NCBI GenBank assembly: GCA_947625135.1
Contig: CANQNE010000011.1
Span: 370-64,369 of the forward strand
Length of the DNA: 64,000 nucleotides
Reading direction: 5' to 3'
DNA from: an uncultured Lachnospiraceae bacterium
GTDB lineage: Bacteria > Bacillota > Clostridia > Lachnospirales > Lachnospiraceae
The translations under genes and the position numbers were made by a program. The notes beneath the pieces were generated by a model. It saw only the letters and a list, made by a program, of their open reading frames with translations. It was not told the DNA's origin and made no database searches. Below, piece after piece: positions 26,813 to 35,675 of this stretch (position 1 is its first letter; each line of letters opens with the position of its first letter).

Positions 26813-27721
26813 TTAAAAATCTCCAAGCAGCTTCACTTCCGTATGTAAATGAACGTGAAACTGTCGCTCCACTTCCTCCTGCACATGGCGGATCACATTC
26901 CAGACATCTTCCGCGGAAGCGTTCCCTTTGTTGATCACAAAGCCGCAGTGCTTTTCCGATACGCAGGCGCCACCTGAAGTATAACCGGCGAGGCCGGCGT
27001 TCTGGATCAGCTGACCGGCAAAATGACCGGGCGGACGTTTGAAGGTACTTCCCGCGCTGGGGTATTCCAGCGGCTGCTTCGCCCGTCTTTTTGCGGCAAG
27101 GGCCTGTATGGTATCCGCGATCTGCCGGGGATCGCCGGGGGTGAGAGAAAGCGTTCCCTCCAGCACGATCTGGTTGTTTCTGTCAAGGCTGCTGCTGCGG
27201 TAGCCAAGATCCAGCTCTTTGGCAGGCAGCTTGCAGACGGAGCCGTCGGGGTTCATCACCCGGACGGAGATCAGTACATCCTTCATCTCTCCGCCGTATG
27301 CGCCGGCGTTCATCATACAGGCGCCTCCCATAGTGCCGGGGATCCCTGCGGCAAATTCAAAGCCGGTAAGGCCGGAATTTTGGGCTTCTGCGGCAATTTT
27401 GGAGAGCAGCGCACCGGATTGGGCATAAATACAGGTTCCGTCTACGGAAATACGATTGTGGTTCTGAAACAGTTGAATAATCACGCCGCGGTAACCGCTG
27501 TCACTCACGAGCAGATTGCTGCCGTTGCCGATAATGAAGTGAGACAGCCCGCTGTTTTTGCAAAACGTAAGAAGAGAGGAAAGCTGTTCTTCGGTCTGGG
27601 GTGTTACGAAAAAGTCTGCCGGTCCTCCTACCCGAAAAGTAGTGTGCAGACGCATGGGTTCCTTTTGTCTGACCTGAGAAGCGCCGACGATAGCCGTCAG
27701 CCTGTCAAAAACATGCTCCAT
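26813..27721 (-). CDS. murB: UDP-N-acetylenolpyruvoylglucosamine reductase
   Basis: Start moved to the ATG at 27721, after GGGGGAG. FAD-binding TTFRVGGPADFF and IIGNGSNLL, plus C-terminal AGSTFKRP. Confidence 0.92.
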   Translation of the reverse strand: MEHVFDRLTAIVGASQVRQKEPMRLHTTFRVGGPADFFVTPQTEEQLSSLLTFCKNSGLSHFIIGNGSNLLVSDSGYRGVIIQLFQNHNRISVDGTCIYAQSGALLSKIAAEAQNSGLTGFEFAAGIPGTMGGACMMNAGAYGGEMKDVLISVRVMNPDGSVCKLPAKELDLGYRSSSLDRNNQIVLEGTLSLTPGDPRQIADTIQALAAKRRAKQPLEYPSAGSTFKRPPGHFAGQLIQNAGLAGYTSGGACVSEKHCGFVINKGNASAEDVWNVIRHVQEEVERQFHVHLHTEVKLLGDF

Positions 27722-27863
27722 TTGCTCCCCCTTGTCTGAAATGTTATTGTAAACAGTTTGCCAAACTTCATACACATTCCTATTACGGATTTATAAATTA
27801 ATTCATATTATATCATACATGATTTATCGGATGAATACAACCGTGAAAATTGCCAATTTCTAC

Positions 27864-27898
27864 TTGAATGTTCTATATGATTATATTACAATGTAATA
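27864..27898 (+). promoter_or_regulatory. Candidate promoter with an overlapping 15-bp palindromic operator
   Basis: TTGAAT, 17 nt, TACAAT. The palindrome TATTACA-A-TGTAATA (27884-27898) covers the -10 hexamer. Confidence 0.45.
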
Positions 27899-27949
27899 GA
27901 TAATTTTCCTGTAAAAATCAGAAAATACATACATAGAGGAGAGAGAAAT

Positions 27950-28867
27950 ATGAGTGCAATCGCAAATGGCGTATGGCCTACGATGATCACCCCTTACACA
28001 GAGGACAACAAGATAGATTACGATGCCGTGCTGCGCATCATCCAGTGGTACGATGAGCAGGGCGTGACCGGTATTTTTGCAGTCTGCCAGTCCAGCGAAA
28101 TGTTTTTCCTTGACAGGGAAGAGCGCCTGAATCTGGCAAAATTTGTGGTGGATCATACACCGAAGCATATTGATGTGATTGCTTCCGGTCATGTGGCGGC
28201 TTCCAGAGAGGATCAGATCGAGGAGGCCAAGGCCATTATCGACACGGGAGTGTCCTCTTACGTGTTTATTTCCAACCAGTTTGCAAAGCCGGAGGAGGGG
28301 GATGATGTGGTATGCGGTAATATTGAATACCTGATCGACCGGATTCCCGACGCTACCTTCGGTATCTATGAGTGCCCCTATCCTTACAAGCGTCTGGTGA
28401 CGCCGGAAAACCTGAAATGGTGCGCTGACACAGGGCGTTTTAAATTCCTGAAGGATACCTGCTGCAATGTGGATCAGCTGCAGGAGAAGGTAAACGCGGT
28501 GAAGGGTACGGATCTGAAAATATTCAACGCCAATTCCGCTACGCTTCTTGAAAGTCTGAAGATGGGATGCGCAGGATTCTCCGGCGTGATGGCGAACTTC
28601 CATTCAGACCTGTACGCATGGCTCTGCGCAAACTATGAGAAGGAGCCGGAGAAGGCCCAGCTTGTGCAGGATTTCCTGGGATTTGCATCTGTGATCGAGT
28701 GTCAGTGCTATCCGGTCAACGCCAAGTACCACATGAATCTGGAGGGCGTAAAGATGGGGATTTCCAGCCGGTCCAGAGATCAGGCGGAGCTGACCCAAAG
28801 CCGCCGGATGGAGGTGGAGGAGCTGCACCGCCTCACACAGTTTTTCAGGGAGACCGTACTTGGTTAA
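27950..28867 (+). CDS. Dihydrodipicolinate synthase/N-acetylneuraminate lyase family protein
   Basis: 305 aa. WPTMITPYTEDNKIDYDAVLRIIQWYDEQGVTGIFAVCQSSE is typical of class I aldolases of the DapA family. Substrate unknown. Confidence 0.75.
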   Translation: MSAIANGVWPTMITPYTEDNKIDYDAVLRIIQWYDEQGVTGIFAVCQSSEMFFLDREERLNLAKFVVDHTPKHIDVIASGHVAASREDQIEEAKAIIDTGVSSYVFISNQFAKPEEGDDVVCGNIEYLIDRIPDATFGIYECPYPYKRLVTPENLKWCADTGRFKFLKDTCCNVDQLQEKVNAVKGTDLKIFNANSATLLESLKMGCAGFSGVMANFHSDLYAWLCANYEKEPEKAQLVQDFLGFASVIECQCYPVNAKYHMNLEGVKMGISSRSRDQAELTQSRRMEVEELHRLTQFFRETVLG

Positions 28868-29064
28868 GTATTTATGATAATGTGGCAAAATGAAAAAGCT
28901 TCGGAGGCGGAAAGGACCGGCGCATACAGTCTGCGGACAACGGTTCTTTTCGCAGCTGGAGCTTGTTTTCGGAAGAAGCCTGTTTTTGGAGAAAGCCAAA
29001 ATAGGATGTGCAGCCAACCTGTTGCCTGAAGATCATCGCCCGGGATTTTAAAACGGAGGAAACT

Positions 29065-30234
29065 ATGAAGAGAGTGTTTTTGATCGTGCTGGACAGTGTG
29101 GGGATCGGCGCGGAGCCGGACGCGGCCGCTTACGGAGATGAGGGAAGCAATACGCTGGCCTCCGCTGCCAAAAGCCCTTATTTTTCCATGCCCAATATGA
29201 GGAAGCTGGGGCTGTTCAACATTGAGGGAGTGACCTGCGGAGAGGCGGAGCCCCATCCTGCAGGGAGCTTTGCCAGAATGAGGGAGAGCTCTAACGGAAA
29301 GGATACCACCATCGGTCACTGGGAGATTGCCGGTGTGATCTCTGAAAAGCCGCTGCCTACCTATCCGGAGGGATTTCCAAAGGAAGTGCTGGACGCTTTT
29401 ACAAAAGCCACAGGGAGAGGCGTACTCTGCAACAGGCCTTATTCCGGCACAGAGGTGATCAAAGATTACGGGCAGCAGCATATCCTTACGGGAGATCTCA
29501 TCGTTTATACTTCAGCAGACAGTGTGTTCCAGATTGCTGCCCATGAGGATGTGGTGCCGGTGGAGCAGTTATATGAATACTGCCGTGCCGCACGGGAAAT
29601 CCTGACAGGAGAGCATAGTGTGGGACGGGTGATCGCAAGACCTTTTACAGGAGAACCGGGGAATTTTGTCCGAACCGTCAATCGGCATGACTTTTCCCTG
29701 CGCCCGCCCAAAGCGACTATGTGCGATATTCTTGCCCAAAACGGGTATTCCGTGATCGGTGTGGGAAAGATCAATGATATCTTTGCCGGAAGCGGCATTA
29801 CAGAATTTGTGCGTACAGAGGGCAATGCCGATGGGATTGAAAAGACGCTGGGTTATCTGGACAGAGAGTTTCAGGGACTTTGCTTTGTGAACCTTGTGGA
29901 TTACGATATGCTTTACGGGCACCGCAATGATGTGGACGGCTATGCAAAGGCGCTGACGGCTTTTGACCGGCGGCTGCCGGAGATTCTGGCGAGGCTTCGG
30001 GATGAGGATCTGCTGATGATCACCGCAGATCACGGCTGCGATCCTGCCACAGCTTCTACGGATCACAGCAGAGAATATACCCCGCTGCTGCTGGCCGGGA
30101 ATCCTGTCCCTGCCGGCGTGGATCTTGGTACCCGACCTTCCTTTGCGGATATCGGGGCAACGGTGCTGGATTATTTCGGCGTCAGCGATCAAACAGAAGG
30201 TACATCCCTTCTTCCCCTGCTCAGTCCCCATTGA
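29065..30234 (+). CDS. deoB: Phosphopentomutase
   Basis: Start moved to the ATG at 29065 (MKRVFLIVLDSVGIG). Motifs GKDTTIGHWE and ITADHGCDP. Confidence 0.92.
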   Translation: MKRVFLIVLDSVGIGAEPDAAAYGDEGSNTLASAAKSPYFSMPNMRKLGLFNIEGVTCGEAEPHPAGSFARMRESSNGKDTTIGHWEIAGVISEKPLPTYPEGFPKEVLDAFTKATGRGVLCNRPYSGTEVIKDYGQQHILTGDLIVYTSADSVFQIAAHEDVVPVEQLYEYCRAAREILTGEHSVGRVIARPFTGEPGNFVRTVNRHDFSLRPPKATMCDILAQNGYSVIGVGKINDIFAGSGITEFVRTEGNADGIEKTLGYLDREFQGLCFVNLVDYDMLYGHRNDVDGYAKALTAFDRRLPEILARLRDEDLLMITADHGCDPATASTDHSREYTPLLLAGNPVPAGVDLGTRPSFADIGATVLDYFGVSDQTEGTSLLPLLSPH

Positions 30235-30299
30235 CGGCAAAGATCGACATGAAAACATTGGCGGACTGAAAAGCAGAAGAATGGTTAGGAGGAATCATT

Positions 30300-31889
30300 T
30301 TGGCGGATTTGCATCATGAAATAGAAAAGAGAAGGACATTTGCGATCATTTCTCATCCTGACGCGGGAAAAACCACCCTGACGGAGAAATTTTTGCTGTA
30401 CGGCGGAGCCATCAATCTGGCCGGCTCCGTAAAGGGAAAGGCCACCGCCCGTCATGCGGTTTCCGACTGGATGGAGATCGAGAAGGAGAGAGGAATTTCT
30501 GTTACCTCCTCCGTGCTACAGTTTAATTACGACGGATATTGCATCAATATACTGGATACGCCAGGACATCAGGATTTTTCCGAGGATACCTACCGCACGC
30601 TGATGGCGGCGGACTCGGCGGTGATGGTCATCGATGCGTCAAAAGGTGTGGAGGCACAGACGAGGAAGCTGTTCAAAGTCTGCGTCATGCGCCACATTCC
30701 GATTTTTACGTTTATCAACAAGATGGATCGGGAGGCAAAGGATACCTTTGATCTTCTGGACGATATTGAAAAGGAGCTGGGTATTGCCACCTGCCCCGTG
30801 AACTGGCCGATCGGCTCCGGCAAGGAATTTAAGGGCGTTTATGACCGGCATAGCCGGGAAGTGCTTTTATTTTCCGATACGGAGCGGGGAACCAAAGAAG
30901 GACAGGCGCAGCGCATTTCCGTGGAAGATCCGGGCCTGTCTCAGGTGATCGGAGAGGAAGCGACAGAGCAGCTCGCAGAGGAGATCGAGCTGCTGGATGG
31001 CGCAAGTGCGGAGTTTGATATTGCACTGATCCGCAAGGGAGAGCTTTCCCCGGTGTTTTTCGGATCAGCGCTTACCAATTTCGGTGTGGAAACCTTTTTG
31101 GAACATTTTTTAAAGACGACCATGCCGCCCCTTCCCCGGATGTCGGATGAAGGAGAGGTGGATTCCTTCCGGGAGGACTTCAGTGCTTTTGTATTCAAAA
31201 TTCAGGCAAATATGAATAAAGCGCACAGAGACCGGATTGCCTTTATGCGGATCTGTTCCGGGATCTTTGACGCCAGTATGGAAGTATACCATGTGCAGAG
31301 CGGCAAGAAAATGCGGCTTTCTCAGCCCCAGCAGCTGATGGCGCAGGAGCGGAAGGTGATCAGCGAGGCGTATGCGGGAGATATCATCGGCGTATTTGAT
31401 CCGGGTATCTTTTCGATCGGCGACACCGTCTGTCTGCCGGGACATAAATTTGCCTATGAGGGTATCCCCACCTTTGCGCCGGAGCATTTTGCAAGGGTGC
31501 GTCAGGTGGATACCATGAAGCGGAAGCAGTTTGTAAAGGGGATCACCCAGATCGCGCAGGAGGGCGCCATTCAGATCTTTCAGGAGTTTCACACCGGCAT
31601 GGAGGAGATTATTGTGGGCGTTGTGGGCGTGCTGCAGTTCGATGTGCTGAAATACAGGCTGGAAAACGAATATAATGTAGAAATTATTCTGGAAAACCTG
31701 CCCTATGAGCATATTCGGTGGATCGAGAATAAGGATATTGATCTGGAAAGCCTCAGCGGTACGTCGGATATGAAAAAGATCAAGGATTTAAAAGACCGTC
31801 CCTTGCTTTTGTTTGTGAACAGCTGGAGCGTGGGTATGACGCTGGAGCGCAATCCGGATCTGGTGCTGTCAGAATTTGCGAGAAACTAA
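30300..31889 (+). CDS. prfC: Peptide chain release factor 3
   Basis: 529 aa, TTG start 7 nt after AGGAGGA. G1 SHPDAGKTT, DTPGHQDF, NKMD. Confidence 0.92.
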   Translation: MADLHHEIEKRRTFAIISHPDAGKTTLTEKFLLYGGAINLAGSVKGKATARHAVSDWMEIEKERGISVTSSVLQFNYDGYCINILDTPGHQDFSEDTYRTLMAADSAVMVIDASKGVEAQTRKLFKVCVMRHIPIFTFINKMDREAKDTFDLLDDIEKELGIATCPVNWPIGSGKEFKGVYDRHSREVLLFSDTERGTKEGQAQRISVEDPGLSQVIGEEATEQLAEEIELLDGASAEFDIALIRKGELSPVFFGSALTNFGVETFLEHFLKTTMPPLPRMSDEGEVDSFREDFSAFVFKIQANMNKAHRDRIAFMRICSGIFDASMEVYHVQSGKKMRLSQPQQLMAQERKVISEAYAGDIIGVFDPGIFSIGDTVCLPGHKFAYEGIPTFAPEHFARVRQVDTMKRKQFVKGITQIAQEGAIQIFQEFHTGMEEIIVGVVGVLQFDVLKYRLENEYNVEIILENLPYEHIRWIENKDIDLESLSGTSDMKKIKDLKDRPLLLFVNSWSVGMTLERNPDLVLSEFARN

Positions 31890-31900
31890 GGAGGAATTTA

Positions 31901-31936
31901 GTGTGAAAAATAAACTCGATATCTTATTTTTCACAC
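31901..31936 (+). terminator. Perfect 13-bp hairpin after prfC (no U-tract)
   Basis: GTGTGAAAAATAA-N10-TTATTTTTCACAC, 12 nt after the stop. It is followed by GGCAATTT, so it is atypical as an intrinsic terminator. Confidence 0.4.
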
Positions 31937-31938
31937 GG

Positions 31939-32046
31939 CAATTTGTGGTGGAGCGTCACAAATTGTTTTGATGGCAGATGAAAAATCGCATTCTCGATTT
32001 TATCATCGCCTCGTCGCGCAAACGCTCCGGAATGGAGATTAAAATG
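31939..32046 (+). promoter_or_regulatory. Conserved structured leader element, copy A (upstream of the GH28 gene)
   Basis: Hairpin CAATTTGTG-[GTGGAGCGT]-CACAAATTG, then TGATGGCAGATG, then ACGCTCCGGAATGGAGATTAAAATG. The loop GGAGCGT is the complement of ACGCTCC. Confidence 0.45.
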
Positions 32047-33318
32047 GAAGGATTTACTAACATCAGAACATATTATGATCTGTCAAAGGAAGGTACGGAC
32101 TGGACAGACGCCTTCAGACAGGCCGTGGCGGACGCGGAAAAAGCCGGCGGCGGCACATTGTTTGTGCCTGCCGGGATTTATCCTACCCGTTCCATCCAGC
32201 TCAAGAGCAATATGACGCTGTATCTGGACAACGGAAGCGAGCTGTCCTTTTTGGACAATATCGAGGACTATGAACTTCTGGAAGGTAATTTTGAGGGCAT
32301 TACCAGAATGATGTACAAGCCCTGCATCTACATGTCCCATGCGGACAATGTGACGATCAGAGGGGAAGGCAGACTGAACGGAAACGGACGCGCATGGTGG
32401 GAACGGATCTGGGAAAAATCCCTGGAGGAGGCAAGGCCCTGTCTGGTTTACTTTGAATATTGCACAAACATTAAGCTGGAAAACATTTACCTGACGATGT
32501 CTCCCGCATGGACGGTACACCCGCTGTTTTCCGAGAATGTAGTGATCCACGGCGTTACTATCTATAATCCCTCCGACAGTCCCAACACAGACGGAATCAA
32601 TCCGGATTCCTGCAGAAATGTGAGGATCTCTGACTGTCTCATTGACGTGGGCGACGACTGTATTGCCATCAAATCTGGTGTGGAGGAGAGTCTGGTTCTG
32701 AAGCCCTGCGAGAATATCACCATTACCAACTGCAACATGGTGCATGGCCACGGCGGCGTGGTGATCGGTAGCGAGGCCAGCGGCGACGTGCGGAATGTCA
32801 CAGTCTCCAACTGTGTATTTCAGGATACGGACAGAGGAATCCGCCTGAAGACAAGAAGGCGCAGAGGAGGCAGGATGGAGAAGCTCACCTTCAGCAATAT
32901 TCTGATGGATCGGGTAATGTGTCCTTTTGTGTTCAATATGTATTATTTCTGCGGCAAGCTGGGAAAGCAGCCATGGGTCAGTGATCCGGCTCCGGCTCCT
33001 GTGGATAAGGGGACGCCGGTGATACAGGATCTCAATATTAACAATGTCACAGTGGTAAATGCCAGCGCCTGTGCCGGTGTGATTGCAGGACTGCCGGAGC
33101 AGCCGGTTGAGAATATCACCTTTTCCAACTGCAGCATTTCTATGACGAATAAAAAGGGAGCCTGTGTACCTGCAATGATGGCAAGGCTTGACGCCCTGTG
33201 CGCGGCAGGCTTTATAGTGCGCAATGGGAAAGGGATCGTGTTTGATAACGTAACGATCAGGCAGGTGGAAGGAGAATGTTATACTGTGGATGAAGCGTCT
33301 CAGGTGATCTTCAGATAA
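32044..33318 (+). CDS. Glycoside hydrolase family 28 (polygalacturonase-like)
   Basis: Start moved to the ATG at 32044 (or 32032), because the ORF-track start lies inside the leader element. GH28 motifs NTDGINPDS, GDDCIAIKSG, GHGGVVIGSE and RGIRLKT. Confidence 0.85.
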   Translation: MEGFTNIRTYYDLSKEGTDWTDAFRQAVADAEKAGGGTLFVPAGIYPTRSIQLKSNMTLYLDNGSELSFLDNIEDYELLEGNFEGITRMMYKPCIYMSHADNVTIRGEGRLNGNGRAWWERIWEKSLEEARPCLVYFEYCTNIKLENIYLTMSPAWTVHPLFSENVVIHGVTIYNPSDSPNTDGINPDSCRNVRISDCLIDVGDDCIAIKSGVEESLVLKPCENITITNCNMVHGHGGVVIGSEASGDVRNVTVSNCVFQDTDRGIRLKTRRRRGGRMEKLTFSNILMDRVMCPFVFNMYYFCGKLGKQPWVSDPAPAPVDKGTPVIQDLNINNVTVVNASACAGVIAGLPEQPVENITFSNCSISMTNKKGACVPAMMARLDALCAAGFIVRNGKGIVFDNVTIRQVEGECYTVDEASQVIFR

Positions 33319-33448
33319 ACACAAGGGGCAGAAAGGCATTGCTTATAGAAGCTGGACAACGGCAACGGTCTATTCGCCGGATTGCGGCATACTCAACAAT
33401 GGATGCGCAATCATGTTTACATAGCTACATCGATAGGAACAACAAGCG

Positions 33449-33544
33449 AAAATAAATAAGCCTACCTTGTACTTGGCCGTGCAGGTAGGCTTATAACTTA
33501 CACTGGGGGCTAACCACCTTGTGGGCGGTTGCTTCCTTTTGCAT
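33449..33544 (-). ncRNA. Candidate small RNA or leaderless 17-codon micro-ORF
   Basis: Minus-strand TTGCAT, 17 nt, TATATT (33549-33577). About 95 nt downstream is the hairpin AAGCCTACCT...AGGTAGGCTT followed by ATTTATTTT. An internal stem AACCGCC/GGUGGUU pairs fully only in this orientation. Confidence 0.3.
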
Positions 33545-33661
33545 TTTTAATATATTACACCCGGTATAAGGATGCAAGTGATTTTTACCTCATTTTAGTT
33601 TATATAATTCTGTATATTACCTCTTGTGTCCTGCTTGTGTATTACCTGTGCCGTACCTGTA

Positions 33662-33704
33662 CAAAAACAGGGCTTCCGCTGACATCTTAGATCAACGGAA
33701 GCCC
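33662..33704 (-). terminator. Rho-independent terminator of the GGGtGRT operon
   Basis: On the minus strand, GGGCTTCCG...CGGAAGCCC is followed by TGTTTTTGT, about 40 nt after the stop. Confidence 0.75.
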
Positions 33705-33742
33705 TTGATTTTACGCTATTTTTTAGAGCTTGTGAAACGTTT

Positions 33743-34753
33743 TTAGAAACGTCCTGCTTTTGCAGCTTCCTCGATGGAAACGGCAACAGCCACGGTAGCG
33801 CCTACCATAGGGTTATTGCCCATACCGATCAGTCCCATCATCTCTACGTGGGCAGGTACGGAGGAGGAGCCTGCAAACTGTGCGTCAGAGTGCATACGTC
33901 CAAGTGTATCTGTCATACCGTAAGAAGCGGGGCCTGCAGCCATGTTGTCGGGATGGAGGGTACGTCCTGTGCCGCCGCCGGAGGCAACGGAGAAATAGTT
34001 TTTACCCAGTTCGGTACACTCTTTCTTGTAGGTACCTGCAACAGGATGCTGGAATCTGGTGGGATTGGTGGAGTTACCTGTGATGGAAACGCCTACGTTC
34101 TCATGGTGCATGATGGCAACGCCTTCCTGTACATCGTCTGCGCCGTAGCACTTAACGGTAGCGCGAAGTCCTTTGGAATAAGGCTTTTCATAAACCACGT
34201 TCAGTTTAGCTTCCTTGTAATCATATTTTGTCTCCACATAAGTAAAGCCGTTGATGCGGGAAATAATCTGCGCGGCGTCCTTGCCGAGGCCGTTCAGAAT
34301 TACCCGAAGCGGTTTTTGGCGCACTTTGTTTGCCTTCTCAGCAATGCCGATGGCGCCCTCTGCAGCGGCAAAGGACTCATGTCCAGCCAGGAAACAGAAG
34401 CACTCGGTGTCCTCCTCAAGAAGCATCTTGCCCAGATTGCCGTGTCCAAGACCTACTTTTCTGTGATCTGCAACGGAACCGGGGATGCAAAATGCCTGAA
34501 GGCCCTCGCCGATCGCTGCTGCCGCGTCCGCAGCTTTTTTAGCGCCCTTTTTGATGGCGATCGCGGCGCCTACCGTATATGCCCAGCATGCGTTTTCAAA
34601 GCAGATAGGCTGGATAGCCTTTACCTGACCGTAAACGTCGAGGCCGGCATCTTTGGTGATTTTCTCAGCTTCTTCTATGGAGCTGATTCCATAACTGTTC
34701 AGAACAGTATTGATCTGGTCGATTCTTCTCTCATAAGATTCAAATAATGCCAT
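33743..34753 (-). CDS. GGGtGRT-family protein (conserved, function unknown)
   Basis: Start moved to the ATG at 34753, after GAAAGGAG (MALFESYERR). Contains the name-giving SGGGTGRTLHP motif. Confidence 0.8.
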   Translation of the reverse strand: MALFESYERRIDQINTVLNSYGISSIEEAEKITKDAGLDVYGQVKAIQPICFENACWAYTVGAAIAIKKGAKKAADAAAAIGEGLQAFCIPGSVADHRKVGLGHGNLGKMLLEEDTECFCFLAGHESFAAAEGAIGIAEKANKVRQKPLRVILNGLGKDAAQIISRINGFTYVETKYDYKEAKLNVVYEKPYSKGLRATVKCYGADDVQEGVAIMHHENVGVSITGNSTNPTRFQHPVAGTYKKECTELGKNYFSVASGGGTGRTLHPDNMAAGPASYGMTDTLGRMHSDAQFAGSSSVPAHVEMMGLIGMGNNPMVGATVAVAVSIEEAAKAGRF

Positions 34754-34770
34754 AATTCGTTTCTCCTTTC

Positions 34771-35463
34771 TTATTCTACTCTCGGGTCGATGATCTTCGC
34801 AGCATCGGCTACCCGGCCGTACTGGCCTTTTGCCTTTTCCCATGCAGTGTTGGGATCGTCGCCTTTTTTGATGAAATCTGTCATTTTTCCAAGAGAAACG
34901 AACTGATAACCAATCACTTCATTGTCTTCGTCCAATGCGATACCTGTTACATAGCCCTCGGCCATTTCCAGATAACGGACGCCCTTTTCCTTTGTGCCGT
35001 ACATTGTGCCAACCTGAGAACGAAGTCCCTTGCCCAGATCCTCAAGGCCTGCGCCGATGGCAAGTCCGTCATCAGAAAATGCGCTCTGCGTACGTCCATA
35101 TACGATCTGCAAAAACAATTCTCTCATAGCGGTGTTGATGGCATCGCATACAAGGTCGGTGTTCAGCGCCTCCAGAATGGTCTTGCCCTGCAGGATCTCT
35201 GCAGCCATTGCAGCGGAGTGTGTCATGCCGGAGCAGCCAATGGTCTCTACCAGCGCCTCCTCAATCACACCGTTCTTTACATTCAGAGAAAGCTTGCAGG
35301 CGCCCTGCTGAGGGGCACACCAGCCGATACCATGTGTAAAGCCGGAGATATCTTCGATTTTTTTGGAATGAACCCACTTGCCCTCTTCGGGGATCGGAGC
35401 GGGTTCATGTTTTGCGCCCTTGGCAACGGGACACATGTTTTGAACTTCCTTTGTGTAGATCAT
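34771..35463 (-). CDS. IscU/NifU-like Fe-S scaffold-like protein, partner of the GGGtGRT protein
   Basis: Start moved to the ATG at 35463, after AAAGGAG. Cys-containing GIGWCAPQQGACKL and ETIGCSGMTHSAAMAAE resemble the IscU fold. Confidence 0.65.
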   Translation of the reverse strand: MIYTKEVQNMCPVAKGAKHEPAPIPEEGKWVHSKKIEDISGFTHGIGWCAPQQGACKLSLNVKNGVIEEALVETIGCSGMTHSAAMAAEILQGKTILEALNTDLVCDAINTAMRELFLQIVYGRTQSAFSDDGLAIGAGLEDLGKGLRSQVGTMYGTKEKGVRYLEMAEGYVTGIALDEDNEVIGYQFVSLGKMTDFIKKGDDPNTAWEKAKGQYGRVADAAKIIDPRVE

Positions 35464-35675
35464 GTTAAAACTCCTTTCAAAGATGATGGTTGGTGATCGC
35501 ACACCGATCTTATGTAATTACATACATTTCCTTCAACAACTTATTTTCGCACAAAATTCTCCAATAGTCTAGCATTTTTTGGTATTTTATTATTTTAGGC
35601 AAGAACGAACTTTTCTCAAAACAAGTTCCGTTATCACGGGCAGGGGCAAAATAACGGTTTTTAGTGTGAAACAGG

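Noticed and set aside
32083-33339. A 418-aa minus-strand ORF antisense to the GH28 gene. Similar long antisense ORFs occur at 4510-5379, 14095-15066, 27023-27739, 27881-28603, 29569-30258, 33848-34747, 43894-44640, 46646-47659 and 55432-56316.
   Set aside because: Each lies opposite a CDS with unambiguous family motifs. The translations are Arg/His/Cys/Gln-rich nonsense, typical of antisense frames in moderate-GC genes.
35628-35662. A plus-strand CCGTTAT...ATAACGG hairpin followed by TTTTT, just upstream of the B12 promoter, with no + strand gene to terminate.
   Set aside because: The stem is only 7 bp with a 16-nt loop, so it is weak. It probably lies within the promoter region of the divergent IscU-like operon.
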